From a virus (taxonomy: Duplodnaviria > Caudoviricetes): 64,000 bases of DNA. Below the pieces are notes generated by a model. It had not been told where the DNA came from and made no database searches. It saw only the letters and a program-made list of their open reading frames with translations. This document shows positions 38,477 to 49,848 of this stretch, piece by piece. The position numbers were made by a program, and so were the translations under genes. Numbering within the stretch: the first letter of the stretch is position 1; every line of letters begins with the position of its first letter. Location of the stretch: the IMG/VR virus record IMGVR_UViG_3300028284_000005, positions 1,752 through 65,751 of that record. One strand, written 5' to 3'.

Positions 38477-40405
38477 ATGGCTACACCATTAGTTAGAATA
38501 CCTCAAATTCAAGGAGGAACAATATACGCTTTTGCAAGTGGGACTAGAGATTTGACAAGAGCTTTCAATAACCCAGATATTAAATTTGAGTTTAGTAAAT
38601 ATGCTCTTTTAGATATTCCTAATTTTGAAACAGCAGTTGCTGGTAAAAATACAATGGACTTTACAAATATGTTAGATTATTCTGGTCTACCATATACCTT
38701 AAAGGGAGATGCTGGCCATGATTTTGCTAACACTTTTCAAAACTATGCACTTAACTTAGAAGAAGAGCTTTTACAAGACGATGATTTTGATAGCACGTTA
38801 TATGGTTCAGATGCAGAAAAAATATTTTTTAAATGGCTAGAAGCTGCAGGTGCAGTTAGATTTAAAACTGCAGATTCTAATGACGCCATTGGTGGTGGGT
38901 TTTCAATAGAAGAATCAAACGCTTCTGGTACTGGAACGGACTATGATAGAGTTGTTAAGTATTTAGGAAGTATTGATGTAAATAATGATATTCAATATAA
39001 AGGTAATGCATACCACGAGGTGTATATTAATGTTCCCTCGGGTGTTGGATATACTCCAACAGTATTATTTAACAATTCTCTTTATAATGCCTCTGGTAAT
39101 AAGGTTTATACAGAAGCAGAAATTAGCGGCAGAGGTGGTCAAACACACCCTGATCCTAATATGGATCTAGAAACTTTAGTAGATATTGCTGGAATAACAC
39201 CTTATTATGATATAGATGCTAATACTGCTTCTAATTTTGGAATTGATTGGAGCGTTACAAATTATAGTGCAATTGCAAATAATTCAGATCTTAATACTTT
39301 ACAAGATTATGCTAAACAAGGCGGAGACTTTAGGTTTAATGCAGTTCTTGTTTATTATGATCTATATAGTGAGTCGATATCTTCTAATAGAGAAACTAAT
39401 TTATACGGTATATTAATATTAGATAATCCTCAAGATAATCCTAGTGCAGCGAACAGTTCTTACATTCCTGAACTTATTAAATATAAGCCAAATGAAATTA
39501 CTGGATTAAATGGAAATGCATTCGGCCTTAAGTTAAATATTAAATTTAATTCATCTCTTGATAATGTTGGTGTTGAAGTTAATATTAATGACTTTACTAC
39601 ATTCTCAATGGATTTATTTATGGATACGACGAGTGCGTTAGAGAATGCTGCTAAATTATTATCAGATGCAAACTCAAGATATACAAGGATTGCAAATAGA
39701 GTAGATGAATTAGAAAACTTAGTAATGTCAATGGATTCAAGTACTGAAATGCTAAGCAGAATAAGTTCATTAGAAACAGATTTTCAAAATGCAAGCGCAA
39801 ACCTTGCAGATAGTGATAGTTTATTAGATTTAATTACAAGTGCGAATAGCAGAATTAATCAACTTATTGATGGTACTATTCCATCTGAGGTGCAATATAA
39901 TGTTGATGTTTTATTTAATGGGCCTGGGATTATTGTTGACAAAACAGTTCCAAACAAGATTAAAATTAAAAACGATTTAAAAAAGTATGTATTTGGGAAG
40001 CCGTTTTTATGGAATGAAAGTACGTTAACCGTTTATAATGAAATCACAGATGCAAATCAATATGATCCTGCGAATGCAACTAGTTATGGTATATGGACAA
40101 GACTTAAAGAATTTTCAAATCAACTTAGACTTGTAGATAAGACTACTGCCCAGAAGGCTGATAATAATATTAATATATACATAGATGACAAACTTATAAA
40201 TTGGAAAGATGGCCAAAGTTATAAGATTGTTTTTGAAAACTTAAATTTAAACGGTAACAACATTAACGTTTATACTAATTGGAAAGCTGGATATGATAAA
40301 CTAATTGGAAGTATATCAAATGTACAGGTTGGAAACAATCCATATTTCGAAATAGTTTGTATAAATGCTGCAATGTTTGAATTTGAAATAGATGTTATAA
40401 GATAA
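38477..40405 (+). CDS. Putative baseplate structural protein
   Basis: Structural cluster. FNAVLVYYDLY...NLYGILILD region and a central coiled coil. Confidence 0.55.
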   Translation: MATPLVRIPQIQGGTIYAFASGTRDLTRAFNNPDIKFEFSKYALLDIPNFETAVAGKNTMDFTNMLDYSGLPYTLKGDAGHDFANTFQNYALNLEEELLQDDDFDSTLYGSDAEKIFFKWLEAAGAVRFKTADSNDAIGGGFSIEESNASGTGTDYDRVVKYLGSIDVNNDIQYKGNAYHEVYINVPSGVGYTPTVLFNNSLYNASGNKVYTEAEISGRGGQTHPDPNMDLETLVDIAGITPYYDIDANTASNFGIDWSVTNYSAIANNSDLNTLQDYAKQGGDFRFNAVLVYYDLYSESISSNRETNLYGILILDNPQDNPSAANSSYIPELIKYKPNEITGLNGNAFGLKLNIKFNSSLDNVGVEVNINDFTTFSMDLFMDTTSALENAAKLLSDANSRYTRIANRVDELENLVMSMDSSTEMLSRISSLETDFQNASANLADSDSLLDLITSANSRINQLIDGTIPSEVQYNVDVLFNGPGIIVDKTVPNKIKIKNDLKKYVFGKPFLWNESTLTVYNEITDANQYDPANATSYGIWTRLKEFSNQLRLVDKTTAQKADNNINIYIDDKLINWKDGQSYKIVFENLNLNGNNINVYTNWKAGYDKLIGSISNVQVGNNPYFEIVCINAAMFEFEIDVIR

Positions 40406-40408
40406 TAG

Positions 40409-43400
40409 ATGGATACACAAAACTCATTTTCAGGAATAATTAAGCAGTTCACACAAATGAATGCCAATGCGTTAGAAACTTTTGAACGTATTAACGAGGC
40501 AATGACTAGTGAAAAGGATGCTATTACGGTTTCAGTAGACTTATTCGGTACGCCGGATGATGATGGTGTAACTACAATTAAAACCTATCAAATACCTTCA
40601 TTTGGATTTATTGATAGAGAAATAAAAAGATTAGAAAATAATATTAAGGCACTTAGTGGAGTTGGTACAGCAGATGCAACTGTTCAAATGCCAGACGGCA
40701 GCTTTAAAAAAATTATTGCAAGAAAACTTAAAACTCCAGCAAATGATTTAACTTCAATTGCATTACCTACACAGTTCGTAACTACAGATAATGACTTTTT
40801 TGAAGATTATTTAAATCCATTATTAACTGTTAAATTTGATGTTAGTAATCAAATTGCAGTAGATACTGAAAGAGTTTTAGTAAAAAGATATATTTTTCAA
40901 GCAAATGATGAATTTGCTGCAGTCTATTTTGATGACACTTATAATAATGTAGATGAAATTAATTATCAAACATTTGTAGAAGACTTAATAAGTAGTGGGG
41001 CAAATGCAACAATTGATGAACAGGTTAGAGACCTTCCTTTTAAATCAACTCAATATTATGGTGATTTTGATATGTTAGCGGTTGAAAATGCAGAAAGAGA
41101 ATTCGTCGTTGATGGAACCCCTGTTATAAAAACAGTTAAACTATATGCGTTAAATAAATTAACATATACTGATGGAGATAAATCTTTAAATGATACTGAA
41201 TTTTTATCAGTTGGTGATGAGCTACTTGTAAATAGCGGCAACAACAATACGAGGTATAGAATTGAAAATGTATATAACGGTACTAGTCAACTTGAACTAA
41301 GATTAATTGAAGGTTTTGACAGTATTAAAATTGGAACTAGTCAACTTAGAATTTATAAATCTTTAGAAAACAAAGTAGATCTAAGCATTAATGTAGGATT
41401 TGATGAGAGACAAGTTGTATTCTTTAAAGCAATTGATCCTGATTCTAAAATCATTGCAGAAAACTGGTCACCTGGTGTTGGTTTTTATTCTAATGATTTA
41501 ACAATTGAGAACGAAGCTGGAGGAACTCAAACATTATCTGCTTTCTATAGAGATAGTGTTTCTGACTTTGGTCAATTTATTAAAGCACTAAAAGAAGATT
41601 TTATTCCACCTGCAAACGTTGGTATTATACCAGATCCAGTTGAATTAAATGTAGATAATTTTCAAGTCGTACAGGTTAATACTCATTTAACTGAGAACGA
41701 TGCATTAGATAATATTAAAAAATTAAACACTGACAAAATAACGGTTAGTGAAAATTTAAAAAAATTAGACGATACTATTTCTAGTAAGAGAAGTGAAATT
41801 GCCACTAAGAAATATAGTTCACAAATACAAAAAAGTAAAGATAAAAATACTCTTAATTCTCTTATTGAAAAAAGAAGTAGCGAGGCTAAGTTATATTCTT
41901 CAGTTGTTAATCAAATCCAAAGTATTAGTACAGATCAGAATGTAAAAGATATTAAGCCTAAATTTAGAGTTAGAGGATTTTGGAAAGTGCCAATGGCAAA
42001 GACAAATGCTGACACTCTTCCACAAGAAATAGTTAAATTTAAAATTCAATATAGATATGTTTCTGCAAGTGGCAAAACAAGCAACATTGAACAGATACCA
42101 TTTACACAAGATAATAAAACATCAACTGCAAGTTTTTCAAATTGGAATCAATTAGACACTCCAACTAGAAAGAGACAAAGAGATGTAATTACTGGTAAAT
42201 ACGCTTGGATAACTGAAAACGTTGAAGATGGGCAAGAGGTTAATTTTAATCAATTAGATCTTTCCATTAACCTTGGTGAAAATGTTGAAATTAGAATGAA
42301 AGCAATTTCAGAAGCTGGTTACCCTGCTAATCCAATAGAATCTGACTGGAGTGAACCTATATTAATTGAATTCCCTGAAGGATTATTAGATACATCTGAT
42401 GTAATTAATCTCGTTGAGGAAAATAGTAAAGAAACAACTTATGTAAAACTGGTTGAGGAATTAGATTCTAAAGGAGTCTATACACACATTGCTGATAGTT
42501 TTATTGCAAATGAAAAATATTTTACACACGGTGCAGGTAATATAGCCTCTGGTTTTTTATCTTCTGAACAGGCTCCAATTAGTTTATTAGATAAATTAAT
42601 AGATTTACAAAAAGAAATAGACGGCCTTAAAGAACAATTAGAAAACGCAGAAGGTGAGTTATTGGCAACTATAGTAGATGAGGAAGGTAGAACAACTCAG
42701 GTTGAGGCAAACACTACTACTAAATTATTTGCAGGATATTATGTAGATGAGGTAGCTGACTTAAATATTAAGAAAGGAACAATTGTAACTAAGACTTTTA
42801 AATTGTTATTAGAAAATAGTAAAGCAACTGACTTAGAATTAGCTGCAAGAATAATAGGAAATAGAAATGATGCAGTTTATCCATCTTCTTCCTCGGGAGA
42901 CGAGGTTACTTTTGAAATGGGTACACATGACTATAGCGCAGGTGCACCTACTCTTGCTTCAAGAATTGAAAACGATACATACTATACAGTTGAAGGAAAA
43001 TATGATTTAGTTCCTATACAGTATCAAAATATGAACGCAATAGAAGCCGCTGCTGAAATATTTAATACAAGGGCACCTAATCAATCTGCACAGCGTAAAG
43101 GTCAATTTATATATAGTAGGTATATGGATGTAACTGGAGAAAACCCACTATACTCTATACTACCCTTAGATTATTTAACGGGCGAAGACACTAGCTTAAC
43201 TAATACTATTCAAAGATTTGAGTATTTTGGTAAGGCAGCTACTGGAACTGATGGAACTTCTAATTTTGATTTTATATGGAAAGGAGTTGATGATGAGGTT
43301 ATTGAACTGGCAACGTTGACAAGTGGAGACTATGATGATAGTCTATATGTACATGTTGATCATCCTATTGTATTTACAGGTACAACATATCAAGCGGGTT

Positions 43401-43951
43401 GGAATAACATTGCAAAGTTTGCAACTATTTCAACTGATGATAATTATTCTAATTTGCAAACCCCTTATAGATACGAAAGTAGCGTTGATAGAGGTTTAAA
43501 AATGTCATTTAGTGACAATGATCAATTTCTTTTAGGAGGTAGATCTTGTGGGGCATATTTATTCATGTCTCCTGCTAGAATAGGAAGCTTAGAGGTAGAC
43601 GGAGACAATAAATTTGGTAAAAGAACAATTGGGAAAGTAGATGCAAAACAGGTTAATTCTAACGTTGCAAAATCTCCAAACATTACAATTGATGTGGTTT
43701 TTCAATATAGAATGACTGATTATTTTGGGGTTACACAAACTGGAGGTGTTGATACGTCAACTGGTAGAATAGGTGGTAAAAATACTAATCCTATTTCTAA
43801 TTTAACATATTCAAAAACAATAGGTTTAGATATATTTGACTCTAATGAAAATCAATTTTCTTTTGATTTAGAAGTTTTTGCAAAATATAAGCCACAGGGA
43901 TATAATCTAAATAACACTAAGACGGTTACTCTTACTAAAGCAGTAAACTAA
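40409..43951 (+). CDS. Large putative baseplate/tail structural protein
   Basis: 1180 aa in the structural cluster, with coiled-coil and FnIII-like segments. Confidence 0.55.
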   Translation: MDTQNSFSGIIKQFTQMNANALETFERINEAMTSEKDAITVSVDLFGTPDDDGVTTIKTYQIPSFGFIDREIKRLENNIKALSGVGTADATVQMPDGSFKKIIARKLKTPANDLTSIALPTQFVTTDNDFFEDYLNPLLTVKFDVSNQIAVDTERVLVKRYIFQANDEFAAVYFDDTYNNVDEINYQTFVEDLISSGANATIDEQVRDLPFKSTQYYGDFDMLAVENAEREFVVDGTPVIKTVKLYALNKLTYTDGDKSLNDTEFLSVGDELLVNSGNNNTRYRIENVYNGTSQLELRLIEGFDSIKIGTSQLRIYKSLENKVDLSINVGFDERQVVFFKAIDPDSKIIAENWSPGVGFYSNDLTIENEAGGTQTLSAFYRDSVSDFGQFIKALKEDFIPPANVGIIPDPVELNVDNFQVVQVNTHLTENDALDNIKKLNTDKITVSENLKKLDDTISSKRSEIATKKYSSQIQKSKDKNTLNSLIEKRSSEAKLYSSVVNQIQSISTDQNVKDIKPKFRVRGFWKVPMAKTNADTLPQEIVKFKIQYRYVSASGKTSNIEQIPFTQDNKTSTASFSNWNQLDTPTRKRQRDVITGKYAWITENVEDGQEVNFNQLDLSINLGENVEIRMKAISEAGYPANPIESDWSEPILIEFPEGLLDTSDVINLVEENSKETTYVKLVEELDSKGVYTHIADSFIANEKYFTHGAGNIASGFLSSEQAPISLLDKLIDLQKEIDGLKEQLENAEGELLATIVDEEGRTTQVEANTTTKLFAGYYVDEVADLNIKKGTIVTKTFKLLLENSKATDLELAARIIGNRNDAVYPSSSSGDEVTFEMGTHDYSAGAPTLASRIENDTYYTVEGKYDLVPIQYQNMNAIEAAAEIFNTRAPNQSAQRKGQFIYSRYMDVTGENPLYSILPLDYLTGEDTSLTNTIQRFEYFGKAATGTDGTSNFDFIWKGVDDEVIELATLTSGDYDDSLYVHVDHPIVFTGTTYQAGWNNIAKFATISTDDNYSNLQTPYRYESSVDRGLKMSFSDNDQFLLGGRSCGAYLFMSPARIGSLEVDGDNKFGKRTIGKVDAKQVNSNVAKSPNITIDVVFQYRMTDYFGVTQTGGVDTSTGRIGGKNTNPISNLTYSKTIGLDIFDSNENQFSFDLEVFAKYKPQGYNLNNTKTVTLTKAVN

Positions 43952-43994
43952 TAGAGATATATAATCTTAAGTAATATAAAAATAAGATACACAT

Positions 43995-46900
43995 ATGTTT
44001 GCAGGTGGCAATGATTCTCAAGATCCAGTAGGTGGTAATGATTCTCAAGATCCAGTAGGTGGTAATGACGGTGGTAATGGCGGTAAGCCTATTGATACTG
44101 ATAAGGACGGGATAGATAATTCAGTTGATACAGATGACGACAACGACGGGGTTGATGATGTTAATGATGCGTTTCCTTTAGATTCTAATGAAACCACTGA
44201 CACTGATGGAGACGGAACCGGAGACAATACTGACTTAGATGATGATAATGATAGAGTTGTCGATACAAACGATGCGTTTCCTTTAGATCCTACTGAAACT
44301 ATAGATACTGATGGAGACGGAACTGGAGACAATGCTGACTTAGATGATGATAATGATGGGGTTGATGATGTTAACGATGCGTTTCCTTTAGATCCTACTG
44401 AAACCACTGACACTGATGGAGACGGAACTGGAGACAATACTGACTTAGATGATGATAATGATGGGGTTGATGATGTTAATGATGCATTCCCTTTAGATCC
44501 TACGGAAACCACTGACACTGATGGAGACGGAACTGGAGACAATACTGACTTAGATGATGACAACGACGGGGTTGATGATGCTAATGATGTGTTTCCTTTA
44601 GATCCTACTGAAACTATAGATACTGATGGAGACGGAACTGGAGACAATACTGACTTAGATGATGACAACGATGGGGTTGATGATGCTAATGATGCATTCC
44701 CTTTAGATCCTACTGAAACACTGGATAGTGATGGCGATGGGGTTGGTGATAATTTAGACTCTGATTCAGATAATGATGGGGTTGATGATGCTAATGATGC
44801 GTTTCCTTTAGATCCTACTGAAACTATTGACACTGATGGAGACAAAACTGGTGACAATGCAGACTTAGATGATGATAATGATGGGGTTGATGATGTAAAT
44901 GATGCATTTCCTTTAGACCATACTGAAACTACAGACACTGATGGAGATGGTATCGGTGACAATGCAGATCCTGACACAGACGGTGATGGATTTATAGATA
45001 AAGTATTAAGAACTTTAAATTCAAATCCATATGAAGGATTAATTCCTTTTAAAATTAGAACTAATATTGAAAGCAATTCACGTGATAATGTGGCTAAGCC
45101 CTTACTTAGAACAAATCCTAAAGTATCAACTAATATAAAATTAATAGTAGATGGCTCTAAAATGTATTTAGAAAGTTTTAATGCCACAGATCAACTGGCT
45201 GCCTCTAATTATAAAAAACATCTAGTTAAAGAAACTGGATCCTATGCATATGATGTTGCTAAATTTTGGAATAAAAATTCCACACCTAATGAGTTAATTT
45301 ATAAGGTTAAAAGAGAATATTCTGATTTTTCTGTTCTAGATAGTTATGATAAACAATTTGAAGAAACTTATAATTATGGAACTACTATAAATTATAATAA
45401 GCTATATGATAATCAATTTAATATGCTTGCGCCAATTTGGCTTGACAGGAACCTACCTACTAAGTTTGTAATTTATAGAGTAAAAGATCCTATAAACACA
45501 GAGTCTTATTCTAATTCCGAAAATTTAAATAGAATTAACGAAATGTTAAAAAATTCTACTTTAATTAAAACATTTGATTTATCTGAAAACTCTTCAGTTG
45601 GAAAATATATTAGAAACTATGTAAATGATAGCAGCTTTCCAGATTCTCCATTAACTGTTTCATTTAATAAAGATGAACAAACTTTTTATAATGGTATAGA
45701 TTTAGAAAAAGGTGGATTTACAAGTAAAGGTGAATTTCAATATAAAGACATTGTTAAGACTGACAAGCCTATAATAGAATATAATAGTTTAATAACTGAT
45801 GGGTTTGCTAGAAATAATATAGCTTGCGCAAATTTAATTAATCTTGAATTTTTATTCGATGATGATGAAGCCAGTGAATTTTCTATAAATAGATATTTTG
45901 GTATTTATGTGGACGAACATCCTCTAGGAAGTGGAATAGTAGAATCTATAAAAAAAGATGTTTTTAAGTTAAACATTGACACAGTTTCTAGTGAGTTAGA
46001 TACTGAGGGAGAAGGGTTAATTGAAAATTATAAAATTCCATATTATAGATTTTATAAAGATATGCCAATGATAGGTTGGGTAAAGAGCTTTTCTAATTAT
46101 CATAATATTAAAAATGGGGTTTATTGGAATATTAAAAATAATGAAATAAAGGTTGATACTAATAATGAGGATTCTGCATCTTTTTTAGGTATTAAAAAAA
46201 CAGATAATAATATAACTGCTTTTGAAAATTTAGAAGGTGATGGAGACTATATAAAATTAAAAATAATATCTAATCCTATAAGTGGAGATAGTTTTAAGTT
46301 ATTAAATCTAAAAAAACAAAAATTTTCTATTGAAGTTATAGATAATCAACCTGGTACTATTACAATACAGGATAATTTAGGTAATAATTATACTAGAAAT
46401 GCAGGACCTACTATTTATGATACTTTATTAGAGTTATTAAGTAATTGGCCAACCACTGGAACTAATACTTTTAAAAAATATGAGCCTACTCTAATTAAAG
46501 TAAGAAATGTTTGGAAAATAGAATTAATTGAAAAGGAATATAATTTTGAAGAAAATCACAGTTTTACAAGTCTTAATAATAATTCTATTTTAAATATAAA
46601 AACGACGTACACTCCTATTAGTGTAGTTAAAAATACATTTTTAGCAAGTAATCAAATTAGTAAAGGTAGATTTGAAGATAACTATTTTTCAAATCAAGGA
46701 ACATTAAACAATGTAGCAAACTCTATCAGTAATTTAATTAATAATAATAATTTATTTAATTCGATTGTTTTTGAAAATGAAATTTTAATATCTTCTAAAT
46801 TAAAAGGGTATAATAAATATTTAAGTGTATTTATAAAAGAACTATCTTCCTCTAATTTTATAGAAATTAATAATGATGCGTCTACTCAAAACATTTCTTC

Positions 46901-49847
46901 TAATTTTTTATTAGGGCATGAAATTTTTTACCTAACAGGTGGAAGTAATCCTAATTTTTCAATCTATATTAATGAAGATGATTTTGATAATATAGATATT
47001 GGGGATTATTTATTAGATAGTACTAATAATTTTAATAAAATATTGGATATTGTAGATGATTCTAGAGAATTAGATTCTGAATTTAAAAGAATAATACTTA
47101 AAAATAAAAATACTGGATTAGAAGGAGTTTTAAATGTTTATAGAGATTTTAAAATTGAATGGGGAATGTTTAGTGCATACGATATTCATGACATGGATTT
47201 TGATTTTTATGATGAAGATAATTCTAATTTAAAGGAATTAGAATTAGAGGATGAAATAATATATCCATTTTCAAAAGCAAGTTCTGAACCAATTGGACCA
47301 GGAGGAGAACCGCCTTTGGATGCTTATTCCGATGTAACTAAATTAACAGAAATATCTGCTACTTATTTTTCTAATTTAATAAACATATTAGAAGATGAAA
47401 ATAGCTTACCTGAAGGAAGCACTATGACTAAAATATATAGTGAATTTGAAAGACTACAAGAAAATAACACTACTGATTTTGCTACAATATCAAGAATAGT
47501 TCCCTATATTAATAAATGGGCATTAAAGAACACGGTAAACGTCAGAGAAAATCCTTATTACTTAAATGTTAATGAATCCTTTGGTGAAACTAATTTTTCA
47601 CCAAATTTAGAAAGTGAAGATAGAGATGAAACTAAAATGACACATGAATGGTTTTATATTGATGAATACCCAACATATGTTACATATTCTGACGTTGACA
47701 ATGTATTTAGTTATATTAAGCCTTCTCCCAATATTGAATTTAATTTAGATCATTTTAAAGATGTTAACTTTGATTATTTTAAAACATATTTTACAGGGAC
47801 TGGTGCAATGGTAGGTTCTCAAAATACTGCTGCTAAAACTTCATTTGGAAAATCTAGAACTTTTAAAAAGTATACTATAATTGAAGATGGAAATACATCA
47901 GCGTTTGCATCAACTATATTTAAAGGTCTTAGATTCATACCTAAAACTAGAAAAAAAATAGAAAATTCTATTACTAAAGAATTTGTTAAAAATTCACAAT
48001 TCAATGGATATAAATTTTCAACTGTTTTAAAAACCACGTTTAACACTGGAATATCTAATAAGTTAAATGTTAAAGTTATTGAAAATAAAAGGTTTAAGTT
48101 TATAGTTTTAATTTTAGATTTAAATCTATCGGATGATAATTTTTCATTTTTAAATAGAAAACTATTATATGAATTAGATCATAAACTAGAAGATATTTAC
48201 AACTATTCTGATAGCAAGATATCGGGAGCATTAGATTTAAGTTCTGTTAATTTATCAAGCGGGCAAAGTACAATTATAAATGGGGTAAACCACAGTGATG
48301 GAAGTTCACCTGCCTTTACTTCTCAAATACTAAAAGATCCAGTTACTAGTGCATATGGTATTTTAGAATTAAACATAGGTGGAATTACATATGAATTAAG
48401 AGTTAATAATGTAATAAATGATTTTAAAATTTCAGTTACAGGGGAAATGACAGTAAATGGAGTTCCTCAGCCTACTCAGTTTTACACATTAAATCAATAT
48501 AAAGGTGCTGAATATACTTATAAAGGTGGAGGTATATTTGCACATGATGAAACATTAAAACTATTATCTGCTAATAATATAGTTAATTTACTAAATAAAA
48601 CCAATTCAGCAGAATATTTGACCATAAATGAAGATGGAAGTTCTATTGAAAATACATTTTCGTTAGAAGTACAAGACGGCGTTGAAATAGTTAAAACATC
48701 TAACCTATACCCGGAAGTGGATTTTAATAAACCTAAAGCATTTGGTCTAACAAATGAGTCTATAGGTTATAATATAGAATCTAGAAATGAATATTTTGCA
48801 TTTTTAACTAGACATAATGGTAAATATACAATAAATACAAATCCTATTGTTACATTTAGTGAACCCTTTTCTATGCATAAAATTGAACCTGATGAAGGAT
48901 ATACATGGGCAGATGCCTATAATACGCCAGTAGGAACTGTTTATAACTATGATTTAACAAACTCTAATGAAAATAAATTAGCAATTGCACTTTATAGAAA
49001 GTTAAATGGATTAGGTGTATTATTTAATGTAGGTGAAGTTAAAAGCATTAATCATGATTTACAGTGGGGAGTTATTAAAAACATGTTTTTTCATAAGGTA
49101 AATGATATTGATACTAACGGTGTAATTAAACTTTCAGAATCAGACGATCTTTTACCTAAATACAATTTAATAAACGAAATAGCGATTGATAAAAAAGATA
49201 AAAACATGTTCATGTCAAGATGGGAAGACAATTACTATATTAGATCAACCAGTGGAGGTGGAATACAATATATCCCTGGAACTAAAAACATAGTTGAAGA
49301 AAAAAGCTTTATGAGTTCGAGTGCAATTAAATTAAGTAAAACATATGATATTTATAACTTTACTGTAAATAAATATGAAAATTTAGAAATATTAAATGAA
49401 ATTAAATTATTAGGAACTTCTAAACATGATATAAACTATACTGAAAATGACAAAGAGGTTATAATTGATTTTTACATGAGGGAAAGCGTAGTAAAAGAAC
49501 TTGGAAATTTAGGTTTAAACTATACTATGAATAGATTAGTAAACGTTGAAGATAGTTTTGGTAGAATAGACACCTTAGAAGATGATATTAGTGGATATAT
49601 TGTTGAAAATATAATTCCAATATTTTCAATAGGAACTATTAGATTAGGGGTTTACGAATCTAAAAAAATAACTACAGAAATTGAAACAATAAGTATTTTA
49701 TCTGATTTGACTTCAAATGATTATGTTATTGATAATAATTTTACTTATAAATTAGACCCTGTAAATCCTCTTAATTTTAGATTAATATATAATAAAAGAA
49801 TAGGTTACTCTTATAAGATTAGACCTTTAATAAAAATAAAGTCATAA
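43995..49847 (+). CDS. Very large structural protein with N-terminal thrombospondin type-3-like Ca-binding repeats
   Basis: Eight DAFPLDPTETxDTDGDGTGDNxDLDDDNDGVDDxN units followed by a ~1600-aa N/I-rich body. GATATATA at 43956. Confidence 0.7.
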   Translation: MFAGGNDSQDPVGGNDSQDPVGGNDGGNGGKPIDTDKDGIDNSVDTDDDNDGVDDVNDAFPLDSNETTDTDGDGTGDNTDLDDDNDRVVDTNDAFPLDPTETIDTDGDGTGDNADLDDDNDGVDDVNDAFPLDPTETTDTDGDGTGDNTDLDDDNDGVDDVNDAFPLDPTETTDTDGDGTGDNTDLDDDNDGVDDANDVFPLDPTETIDTDGDGTGDNTDLDDDNDGVDDANDAFPLDPTETLDSDGDGVGDNLDSDSDNDGVDDANDAFPLDPTETIDTDGDKTGDNADLDDDNDGVDDVNDAFPLDHTETTDTDGDGIGDNADPDTDGDGFIDKVLRTLNSNPYEGLIPFKIRTNIESNSRDNVAKPLLRTNPKVSTNIKLIVDGSKMYLESFNATDQLAASNYKKHLVKETGSYAYDVAKFWNKNSTPNELIYKVKREYSDFSVLDSYDKQFEETYNYGTTINYNKLYDNQFNMLAPIWLDRNLPTKFVIYRVKDPINTESYSNSENLNRINEMLKNSTLIKTFDLSENSSVGKYIRNYVNDSSFPDSPLTVSFNKDEQTFYNGIDLEKGGFTSKGEFQYKDIVKTDKPIIEYNSLITDGFARNNIACANLINLEFLFDDDEASEFSINRYFGIYVDEHPLGSGIVESIKKDVFKLNIDTVSSELDTEGEGLIENYKIPYYRFYKDMPMIGWVKSFSNYHNIKNGVYWNIKNNEIKVDTNNEDSASFLGIKKTDNNITAFENLEGDGDYIKLKIISNPISGDSFKLLNLKKQKFSIEVIDNQPGTITIQDNLGNNYTRNAGPTIYDTLLELLSNWPTTGTNTFKKYEPTLIKVRNVWKIELIEKEYNFEENHSFTSLNNNSILNIKTTYTPISVVKNTFLASNQISKGRFEDNYFSNQGTLNNVANSISNLINNNNLFNSIVFENEILISSKLKGYNKYLSVFIKELSSSNFIEINNDASTQNISSNFLLGHEIFYLTGGSNPNFSIYINEDDFDNIDIGDYLLDSTNNFNKILDIVDDSRELDSEFKRIILKNKNTGLEGVLNVYRDFKIEWGMFSAYDIHDMDFDFYDEDNSNLKELELEDEIIYPFSKASSEPIGPGGEPPLDAYSDVTKLTEISATYFSNLINILEDENSLPEGSTMTKIYSEFERLQENNTTDFATISRIVPYINKWALKNTVNVRENPYYLNVNESFGETNFSPNLESEDRDETKMTHEWFYIDEYPTYVTYSDVDNVFSYIKPSPNIEFNLDHFKDVNFDYFKTYFTGTGAMVGSQNTAAKTSFGKSRTFKKYTIIEDGNTSAFASTIFKGLRFIPKTRKKIENSITKEFVKNSQFNGYKFSTVLKTTFNTGISNKLNVKVIENKRFKFIVLILDLNLSDDNFSFLNRKLLYELDHKLEDIYNYSDSKISGALDLSSVNLSSGQSTIINGVNHSDGSSPAFTSQILKDPVTSAYGILELNIGGITYELRVNNVINDFKISVTGEMTVNGVPQPTQFYTLNQYKGAEYTYKGGGIFAHDETLKLLSANNIVNLLNKTNSAEYLTINEDGSSIENTFSLEVQDGVEIVKTSNLYPEVDFNKPKAFGLTNESIGYNIESRNEYFAFLTRHNGKYTINTNPIVTFSEPFSMHKIEPDEGYTWADAYNTPVGTVYNYDLTNSNENKLAIALYRKLNGLGVLFNVGEVKSINHDLQWGVIKNMFFHKVNDIDTNGVIKLSESDDLLPKYNLINEIAIDKKDKNMFMSRWEDNYYIRSTSGGGIQYIPGTKNIVEEKSFMSSSAIKLSKTYDIYNFTVNKYENLEILNEIKLLGTSKHDINYTENDKEVIIDFYMRESVVKELGNLGLNYTMNRLVNVEDSFGRIDTLEDDISGYIVENIIPIFSIGTIRLGVYESKKITTEIETISILSDLTSNDYVIDNNFTYKLDPVNPLNFRLIYNKRIGYSYKIRPLIKIKS
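44166..44990 (+). repeat. 105-bp tandem repeat (8 units, TSP3-like)
   Basis: Units start at 44166, 44271, 44376, 44481, 44586, 44691, 44796 and 44901. Preceded by a 27-bp direct repeat (GGNDSQDPV x2). Confidence 0.9.
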
Positions 49848-49848
49848 C

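Noticed and set aside
44166-44990. Regular 105-bp repeats as a possible CRISPR array
   Set aside because: Units are contiguous, in-frame and vary mostly at synonymous sites. There are no unique spacers and no cas genes.
44045-45187. 380-aa minus-strand Ser/Pro-rich ORF
   Set aside because: Antisense mirror of the Asp/Gly TSP3 repeats.
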